Positions 25,586 to 32,000 of a stretch of 32,000 nucleotides of DNA are shown in pieces; positions within the stretch are counted from its first letter, which is position 1; each line of letters starts with the position of its first letter. A program made the position numbers and the translations under genes. The notes under the pieces were generated by a model. It had not been told where the DNA came from. It saw nothing but the letters and a program-made list of their open reading frames with translations, and did no database searches. Origin of the DNA: Candidatus Electronema aureum (lineage in GTDB: Bacteria; Desulfobacterota; Desulfobulbia; Desulfobulbales; Desulfobulbaceae); the NCBI GenBank assembly GCA_004284765.1, contig NQJD01000004.1, positions 90,001 through 122,000 of the forward strand. The letters are read 5' to 3'.

Positions 25586-25910
25586 GGCAGCGGAAAAGGG
25601 ATAACTTTGTTGAAGGAAAGGCAGTTGAAGAGCAGGAGGTCTATTAAGCAAGTAGTGTTAACAGGCCCTAATGTGCATAGCCTCTTAAAAATACAGGAAT
25701 TTTATGTGCAGACGGCGAGATGCCCAAGTATGGGGTTATCATGTCAACCAGTTGGGATCACAATAAAATTAGAACCGCAGTGAGACTGTCTTCAGCGACA
25801 CACTATCCAAAAAAGAGTTGCACATTAGGTTCTCTGTTTATCGGGCGATGAATTTGCCGGGTGATGGGAAACCTGCCGATCCACACTACTGAGAAGGTGT
25901 CTTCTATGAT

Positions 25911-27608
25911 TCATGGCTTGCCGATCATCTCCTGCATCCTGATGATGGTTTTCTCCTTACTCCAGAAATAGAGCGGATTGCCGCTGTCGTCGCTTTCCGC
26001 AGCAACGAGGCGGAAGCGGCCCGGCTGCTCCGTGCTTCGTAAGACCTGAAAATCAACGGTATAACCGGGAACTTGCTGCGTTTCCCAGAGGTTATTCATC
26101 CGGCTGCCATCCCAGCTCAGGACAGAGACCGAAGAACCCTCGAACCAGCGTAGGCTTTTAAAGTATTTGACGCTCGTTACCCGGTTACGGCTGACGATGA
26201 TCTCTGGTTTACCGTCGCCGGTCATATCTTGGGCAATCAAGCGAGTGTGAAGATACATCCGGTTGCGTTCATGGGGCTGATCTACCTCAGCCTGCCGCCT
26301 GCTTGCCAAGGAGCCGAGGGCATCGCGGCTTGCACCATAGCTTTCTTCGCTCTTCCAAAGCGTTTTTTGTTCCTGATTCAGAATCAGCAGCTTGTTCTCC
26401 TCGGTCAGACCGACAAACTCGCGCCTGCCGTCCTGATCAAGATCAACGCGGATGAAATCATATAAACCGAAGCCTTGGGGAACTTGCACTTCCTCGGCCC
26501 GGCTGAGATCGCCCGCCCGATTGAGGCTTATGCGGTAAATGTTGCCGCCTGCTTGACCGAGCAGCACCGGCTTGCCTGCTGAATCACTATCCGGGCGAAG
26601 ATAGAAAGGCACCTGATCATGCAGGGTGTAGAACTTTTTGCCATCCCAAGCCATCACTAACGAAGAGGGAACACTGCCGCTGCTGGCTGAGATGTAAATT
26701 TCCAAGCGGCTGTCGTTATCGAGATCAGCTAAGTGAACGCTGTGCAAACCGAGATAGCTCGACAGCGGCAACTCGGCAATTTGCTGAAACCGGTCTGAAC
26801 TGAAGCGGCAGAGGATCAATTTACCCTGCTCCAGCAAAACGATTTCTTCTCTGCCGTCACCGTCCACATCGCCTGCATCCATCGCTCGGAGAGAAAGAGC
26901 TAACGCGCCGCTGTGTTGGCTATTCAGTACGTTCAAGGGACCGCTGCCGACAGAAGTAGTGGCAATGGTAGACTGCTCACTCATGGCATAAAGTCCGTTT
27001 CGATAGGCTTTATCAGGATGGGAGGTTTGAAAACCGCTGATGCCGTCTTTATCTGCCACAGCAGGTAGTTCCTCTTCAGCCACTTTTTGGTGAAAAACCT
27101 TGGTGGCGATTTCATCAGCCAGCGCATCAAGAGTCGGAATAGTCTTGTCCAAGGCATCAATGCGGCGCGAAAAAGAAGCTGGCGCAGCTTTGCCGCTCCT
27201 GAAGACATGAATCAGGATTTCATAGCCTTGTTCCTGCTGCTCTAAGTTGCCGAGGAATAGATAATCACCGTGCATATTTTTGAGAATCTTTTTCGCCTCT
27301 TGCTGATTGCCTTGCTGAAGCATCTCTTCTAATCCGCCGGTTTTATCAGCTCCATACACTGCGGCCAAGCCGGTGCGGTCAGCCATGCGGGTGGCTAAGA
27401 CGCTGGTCAATCCGGTACGAAGATGATCCTGCGGCGGCTGACTTTTCACCGTGAAGGGCAGGAAGACAATTTTGCCTTGCTTGGCTTCGGCGTGTGTGTC
27501 AACTGCCAATACGGCTGCGGGTAGGGCCGCAAGAAATAGAATAAACAGCAGGACGAACTGGCAGAGCTGGTTGCCGACAGCCAGCCAACTATCTGAATAC
27601 GCTTTCAT
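25911..27608 (-). CDS. Secreted FG-GAP/VCBS-repeat protein (565 aa) with an N-terminal signal or anchor
   Basis: Hydrophobic N-terminus (FVLLFILFLAALPAAVLA). Recurrent Ca-binding-like D.DGDG/D.D.DG repeats are present (DVDGDGREEIVLL, DLDNDSRLEIYIS, DLDQDGRREFVGL, DMTGDGKPEIIVS). GGAG lies 9 nt upstream of the ATG. Confidence 0.7.
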   Translation of the reverse strand: MKAYSDSWLAVGNQLCQFVLLFILFLAALPAAVLAVDTHAEAKQGKIVFLPFTVKSQPPQDHLRTGLTSVLATRMADRTGLAAVYGADKTGGLEEMLQQGNQQEAKKILKNMHGDYLFLGNLEQQEQGYEILIHVFRSGKAAPASFSRRIDALDKTIPTLDALADEIATKVFHQKVAEEELPAVADKDGISGFQTSHPDKAYRNGLYAMSEQSTIATTSVGSGPLNVLNSQHSGALALSLRAMDAGDVDGDGREEIVLLEQGKLILCRFSSDRFQQIAELPLSSYLGLHSVHLADLDNDSRLEIYISASSGSVPSSLVMAWDGKKFYTLHDQVPFYLRPDSDSAGKPVLLGQAGGNIYRISLNRAGDLSRAEEVQVPQGFGLYDFIRVDLDQDGRREFVGLTEENKLLILNQEQKTLWKSEESYGASRDALGSLASRRQAEVDQPHERNRMYLHTRLIAQDMTGDGKPEIIVSRNRVTSVKYFKSLRWFEGSSVSVLSWDGSRMNNLWETQQVPGYTVDFQVLRSTEQPGRFRLVAAESDDSGNPLYFWSKEKTIIRMQEMIGKP

Positions 27609-27677
27609 GATTGAACTCCGATAGTACGATTTTTTATTGCGAAGCTATGTTAAGTTCTTATTCTACTGAATCTTCGA

Positions 27678-29084
27678 TCAAAAATACACTCCTTTAATCT
27701 CCGCCGTACCGCCGTCCTGCACACCGCTTAAAATCCGCTTTGCCACCTTCCACGCCTCCTTGTGCATATCATTAATGCCGATGCCCTGCCAGCCAAAGCC
27801 GCAAATATGGAGGCTGTCGAGCATCTCGTGCATCTGGTTTCGCCAGGCAAGCAGGGCCGGATAGCCTTCCTCCATCTGCGGGATGCCCCATCTTGGTCGC
27901 AGCACCCGGCTGAAGACTGGCGGATCGGGCAGCTCCATCAGCTGCTTGATGTCTTCATAAGCCCGCGCCACGATTTCCTCATCCGGCAGTTCCAGCCGCT
28001 CTGGGTGCCTGCGCCCGCCGACTAAAGTCTCCACTAATAGATGTCCTTCCGGGGCGCGTCCTGGGAACATGTGCGAGGAGAAGAGGGTGCCGAGAGCGAA
28101 ACGCTGTTCCTGCTCCGGGGCGAGATAACCAAAGCCAAAGGGAACCTGCGCCTTGTCAGCGGCAAAGCCCATCGCCACGGTGGCGAGCTTGGCTTCCGGG
28201 ATAGACTGCATAGGCGGTTCCGGTAAACCTGCGCCGACCAGCAATTCAAGGCAACGATTAACCGGCAGAGCGATGATCAGGTGGCGGGCGTGCAATTCAA
28301 GCTGGCCGGTGCGCACCAGCCAGCCGTTGCCGGTCTGCTCGACACTGCGGGCAGCGGTGCGGTACATGATTTCCTGATTGGGAATCAGCTTGGCGGCCAT
28401 TGCCTGCGGCAAGCGGGCCATGCCGGTGCGGAAGCTGGTCATCGCGGGCAGCCCTTTCCGCTTCTTGTCCTTCTTTTCTTTTCTTGCCGCGAGCATTTTG
28501 GCGATGCCGCCGCGCAGCACCGAGCCATGTTCAAGCTCTAATTTCCGCAGGCCGGGCATCACGCCTTCTATTTTCAGCCGCTCAATATCGCCCGCGTAGG
28601 TGCCGGTGAAGACGGCATCGGCAAAAGGCAGCATCGCCTTGCCGAAACGGTGTTCGATCCACTCGGCAACGGTCGGCTCATCTGGCAAAGGCTTTTTCCA
28701 TAAGTCCGCCATGACTCGAAACTTAGCGGGCCACGACATCAGCGGTGCTTTAATGATCTTGCCCGGACTTTGCGGGATCAGATTGAGCTTGCCGTCTAAA
28801 CAAATATAACGGACAAACTTCGACAGCGGGGCTTTTTCCACCTCATTCGCCAAGCCAGCCTCATGAATCAACACCCGGCTTTCAAGACAGTTGTCCAAAA
28901 AGCCATGCGGCCCGCCTTCAGCCAAATAACCTTCCTCCAAATGCGAGCGCACGGCCCCGCCGGGCTGTTCTTCCCGCTCAATGACTAACAGAGAAATATC
29001 CGGCTGCTTGTGCTTGAGGAAGGTGGCGGCGGCAAGGCCGGACAAACCGGCTCCGATGATCAAGACATCTTTGGATGAATTCAT
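27678..29084 (-). CDS. FAD-dependent oxidoreductase of the protoporphyrinogen oxidase (HemY/PPOX) family
   Basis: N-terminal dinucleotide fold DVLIIGAGLSGLAAA...VIEREEQPGG, PPOX-like length, and a C-terminal GWQGIGINDMHKEA. The ATG at 29084 is used because the track start at 29099 is a TTG. Confidence 0.65.
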   Translation of the reverse strand: MNSSKDVLIIGAGLSGLAAATFLKHKQPDISLLVIEREEQPGGAVRSHLEEGYLAEGGPHGFLDNCLESRVLIHEAGLANEVEKAPLSKFVRYICLDGKLNLIPQSPGKIIKAPLMSWPAKFRVMADLWKKPLPDEPTVAEWIEHRFGKAMLPFADAVFTGTYAGDIERLKIEGVMPGLRKLELEHGSVLRGGIAKMLAARKEKKDKKRKGLPAMTSFRTGMARLPQAMAAKLIPNQEIMYRTAARSVEQTGNGWLVRTGQLELHARHLIIALPVNRCLELLVGAGLPEPPMQSIPEAKLATVAMGFAADKAQVPFGFGYLAPEQEQRFALGTLFSSHMFPGRAPEGHLLVETLVGGRRHPERLELPDEEIVARAYEDIKQLMELPDPPVFSRVLRPRWGIPQMEEGYPALLAWRNQMHEMLDSLHICGFGWQGIGINDMHKEAWKVAKRILSGVQDGGTAEIKGVYF

Positions 29085-29162
29085 GGCGGGCAGAATCAAG
29101 GAGAGGATTATCGCTGTTAAACAAACGGCAGGTTTAAGTTTAGCAGTGTTTTCTTGGAATTA

Positions 29163-29999
29163 TTATTGTCTACCGGAATGTTGTTTGTAATAACTGTACA
29201 ATTTTCCCCTAAATATCTTCTCGTAGGTTAAATGAAATCCCTGTTGATCAGAAATGAAAGTTTTTGATCGTTTGAATTCGCTAACGATGCTTTCAGCACA
29301 TGATTTATCTAATTGCTTTGGTAAGGGAACCTCGCTCTTGCCAAGATGCCACTGAAAACAGCCAGCCACGAAATCAGCGGCAAGGAGAAGAGGTTCTTCT
29401 TGCTCCGTTTTTAGGGCAACATTAGACATTTTAATCTCTAAGTTATATTTCTCTTTTAGCTTTGAACGATTGTGATAATCGTGACACATATCATAAAACA
29501 TGTCGGCGTTTTCTTCTCCTTGAATATCAGTGTCGCAGATCATGGTAATATCTAATATAGAATATCCTGCTGGAGTTATTATCTTTGGCAATCCCTGGCA
29601 TCGTAAACAGTAGCCTACTGCTTGCGTGCTTCCTCTGCGAAAGGAATCATAGCGAATAATAGTTGAAGGCTTAAGAAAGCCAATACGAGATTTTTCCGCA
29701 GACGCAATAACACTATGAAACTGCATTCCTTCATTCCAAAAGTTTTCCCACATTGGTTGCATTTTCTCTATTTGCATCACCGAAATAGCCATCGCATTAT
29801 CGAGAATAGCCCTGACCATTTTTGTGGCGGTACTGTTGTCTATATCACGCCACTTTTTTCCAACGATGCTTATTGAGTTCCGTGCTTCCTCGACTTCTGC
29901 CGTATCAACTATGATTCCTCCTACTGTATAGTATGAATGATTAGCCGCTTCTTTTGCGATGATGCCTGAACCATCTAAAAACAATGAATATTTTTTCAT
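29163..29999 (-). CDS. Hypothetical protein, DUF3800-like (278 aa), AT-rich
   Basis: The N-terminus YSLFLDGSGI...YYTVGGIIV resembles the DUF3800 start (y.D.SG...f.lgg), and the C-terminus LLLAADFVAGCF resembles its l.lAD..a motif. This assignment is from memory of the family pattern only. The composition is clearly AT-rich relative to the neighbours. Confidence 0.45.
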   Translation of the reverse strand: MKKYSLFLDGSGIIAKEAANHSYYTVGGIIVDTAEVEEARNSISIVGKKWRDIDNSTATKMVRAILDNAMAISVMQIEKMQPMWENFWNEGMQFHSVIASAEKSRIGFLKPSTIIRYDSFRRGSTQAVGYCLRCQGLPKIITPAGYSILDITMICDTDIQGEENADMFYDMCHDYHNRSKLKEKYNLEIKMSNVALKTEQEEPLLLAADFVAGCFQWHLGKSEVPLPKQLDKSCAESIVSEFKRSKTFISDQQGFHLTYEKIFRGKLYSYYKQHSGRQ

Positions 30000-30066
30000 G
30001 ACAATAGGATGGTTAAATCATTCCGCTCGCAAAATTCAGCTCCAGCCCCACCTTCTCCTCCCCATC

Positions 30067-30094
30067 TTGACACCAGCCTGATCGTGCTTATTGT
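30067..30094 (+). promoter_or_regulatory. Candidate promoter upstream of htpG
   Basis: TTGACA (30067-30072), a 16-nt spacer, then TATTGT (30089-30094). A CCCCAT just upstream of the TTGACA does not fit sigma32 spacing. Pattern-based only. Confidence 0.3.
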
Positions 30095-30171
30095 TGCGGC
30101 ACAATCCGTTATCTAACCACAGATATACTGTCCAGACCATAAAAAAACACCTGCCAACGAGGATGCCGATC

Positions 30172-32000
30172 ATGACCGCACAGGCTCAGACTAAGGAATT
30201 TCAGGCCGAGACCAGAAAGGTGCTCGATATTGTCATCAATTCGCTCTACACCGAGCGGGACATCTTTGTCCGCGAATTGGTCTCCAACGCTGCGGACGCG
30301 CTGGAGAAATTCCGCCATGTCTCGCTGACCGAGAAGCCGGAATTTGATGCCCATGTGCCGCTGGAAATCACCATTGATTGCAATGACAAGAAGCACATTC
30401 TGACCATCACCGACACCGGCATCGGCATGACCGCCGCAGAGCTGGAGGCCAACTTGGGCACCATCGCCCATTCCGGCTCCGGCAAATTTCTCGCCGAGCT
30501 GGCCGAGACCGCGAAGAAAGATGTCAATCTGATCGGCAAGTTCGGCGTGGGTTTCTACTCGGCGTTCATGGCCGCCAAGACGGTCAAAGTGCAAAGCCGC
30601 TCCTGGGACGGCAGCCAGGGCCACGAATGGTTTTCGGACGGCAACGGCAGCTACACCATCAGTGTCTGCGACGGCCTGCATCGCGGCACCAAAATTGTCA
30701 TGGAGCTGAAGGAGGATGCGCACGATTACGGCCAGAAATTCACCATCGAGCGGATCATCCAGCAGTATTCCACCTTCATTCCTTTCCCGGTCAAAGTCGA
30801 AGGCAAGAAGGTCAACACCGTTGAAGCCATCTGGACGCGGGCGAAAAGCGAAATCAAAGACGAAGAGTACACCGAGTTCTACAAATTCGTGGGCAATGCT
30901 TACGATGAGCCGCTCTACCGCTATCATTTCTCTGCCGACAGTCCGTTAGCTATCAACGCGCTCCTGTTTGTGCCGAAAGACAACTTTGAATCTATCGGCT
31001 TGGGCCGGATGGATCCGGGCGTGAATCTGTATTGCCGCCGGGTGCTGATTGATCAGCACAGCAAGAACATCCTACCGGAATGGCTGCGTTTTCTCAAAGG
31101 CGTGGTGGATTCCGAAGACCTGCCGCTGAACATCTCCCGCCAGTCGCTCCAAGACAACGCCCTTGTCGCCAAAATCCGCAAAGTCATCACCAAACGCTTC
31201 ATCAAATTCATGGAGGAGGAGGCGAAAAACGACGCGGAGAAATACCAAGGCTTCTGGAAAACCTTTGGCATTTTCATTAAAGAGGGAGCGACCTCTGATT
31301 ATGAATACCAGGCCGAGCTGGCAAAATTGCTCCGCTTTGAATCATCGGCAACAGAGGCTGGCAAAATGACATCTCTGGAAGATTATGTCAGCCGGATGAA
31401 GGAAGGGCAGAAGGAGATGTACTACATCAGCGGCCCCAGCCGGGCTGCGGTTGAGAACGGCCCGTATGTCGAGATGTTCAAAAAGCGGAACATCGAGATC
31501 ATTTACACTTTGGAGCCGATTGACGACTTTGTGCTGTCGCATCTCGGCACTTTTGATGAGAAGAATCTGCTTTCTGCTGACCGCGCCGACCTTCGTCTGC
31601 CAGAAAACACGGATAAAACCGAGCAGGAAAAGGCTGATGACGCAGGCAAGGAGAAACTTGCCGAGGCCGTGCAGACTTCGCTCTGCAAATGGATGAAGGA
31701 AGTGCTGGGCGAGAAGGTTCAGGAGGTCAAGCCGTCGAGCCGCCTGGTTGACAGCCCGGCCATGATTGTCAGCGTGGGCGGCCAGATAACCTCGACAATG
31801 GAGCGGATTCTGTCCAGCCAGAATCATGGCAAGCACAACCCGATGACGATGGGCAACAAGAAGGACATGGAGATCAATCCGGCCAGCGGGTTGATTAAGA
31901 AAGTCGCTGATCTGCGCGTTAAAGATCAGGATTTTGCCAAGGAGCTGGCCGAGCAGATTTACGACAACGCCATGATTCAGGCTGGTTTGCTGATCGACCC
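30172..32000 (+). CDS. htpG: Molecular chaperone HtpG (Hsp90), 5' partial view; continues beyond the window
   Basis: It is not in the ORF track because no stop is reached. ATG at 30172 with GAGGA 8 nt upstream. The translation MTAQAQTKEFQAETRKVLDIVINSLYTERDIFVRELVSNAADALEK..., GKFGVGFYSAFM and SRQSLQ are HtpG hallmarks. The frame stays open to position 32000. Confidence 0.95.
   Translation, partial: MTAQAQTKEFQAETRKVLDIVINSLYTERDIFVRELVSNAADALEKFRHVSLTEKPEFDAHVPLEITIDCNDKKHILTITDTGIGMTAAELEANLGTIAHSGSGKFLAELAETAKKDVNLIGKFGVGFYSAFMAAKTVKVQSRSWDGSQGHEWFSDGNGSYTISVCDGLHRGTKIVMELKEDAHDYGQKFTIERIIQQYSTFIPFPVKVEGKKVNTVEAIWTRAKSEIKDEEYTEFYKFVGNAYDEPLYRYHFSADSPLAINALLFVPKDNFESIGLGRMDPGVNLYCRRVLIDQHSKNILPEWLRFLKGVVDSEDLPLNISRQSLQDNALVAKIRKVITKRFIKFMEEEAKNDAEKYQGFWKTFGIFIKEGATSDYEYQAELAKLLRFESSATEAGKMTSLEDYVSRMKEGQKEMYYISGPSRAAVENGPYVEMFKKRNIEIIYTLEPIDDFVLSHLGTFDEKNLLSADRADLRLPENTDKTEQEKADDAGKEKLAEAVQTSLCKWMKEVLGEKVQEVKPSSRLVDSPAMIVSVGGQITSTMERILSSQNHGKHNPMTMGNKKDMEINPASGLIKKVADLRVKDQDFAKELAEQIYDNAMIQAGLLID

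Noticed and set aside
25667-25830. 11-bp inverted repeat CCTAATGTGCA / TGCACATTAGG, 140 bp apart, in the valS upstream region (possible MITE ends or operator pair)
   Set aside because: It is a single short pair with no target-site duplication, no internal structure and no other copy in the window. It could be chance or promoter architecture.
25586-25910. Looked for a T-box or other leader upstream of valS
   Set aside because: No specifier or T-box motif was recognisable, and T-box control is not expected for this type of Gram-negative genome.
30109-30927. 272-aa ORF on the - strand (plus 30246..30539 and 31342..31836)
   Set aside because: It lies antisense to the unambiguous htpG reading frame. 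It is a shadow ORF typical of GC-rich DNA and has no recognisable motifs.

Overview
This is a GC-rich chromosomal window that looks like an anaerobic Gram-negative bacterium. The evidence is a ThiH-type thiazole pathway, short-form ThiC and a giant BcrAD/BadFG-type activase; a Desulfobacterota-like origin is only an inference. The housekeeping backbone is gltA, radA, a 1426-aa double-ATPase 'CoA-enzyme activase' fusion, a TPP riboswitch driving thiS-thiG-thiH, an N-terminally extended thiE, thiC, a PDT-ACT-PDH fusion, valS, an FG-GAP secreted protein, a HemY-like oxidase, and htpG, which runs off the 3' end. Accessory material is interspersed. (1) A visibly AT-rich PUA/EVE-like + McrA-type HNH gene sits between the activase and radA, and a Zn-ribbon/DUF4145 gene follows radA. 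(2) A ~2.5-kb block splits the thiamine cluster; it holds an AT-rich membrane ORF, a RAYT/IS200-like Y1 transposase, a cupin, hicA, and a hicB whose RHH tail is in another frame. (3) An AT-rich DUF3800-like gene lies next to htpG. (4) The most interesting locus lies directly downstream of valS. It encodes a 129-aa protein, an effector-less and sensor-less NB-ARC (STAND) ATPase, and two tandem TPR paralogues. The small protein and the NB-ARC protein share a 32-aa N-terminal motif, the first TPR gene overlaps the NB-ARC stop by 8 nt, and the locus ends in a ~174-bp diverged internal fragment of valS. I read this as a split, NLR-like conflict or signalling system with a homotypic signalling motif. 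Two repeat families are also visible. One is a REP-like hairpin doublet with three sites, one of them inside the RAYT ORF and one inside the thiS riboswitch leader. The other is three arrays of tandem repeats with a 23-nt period at intergenic junctions. No rRNA, tRNA or CRISPR array was seen.
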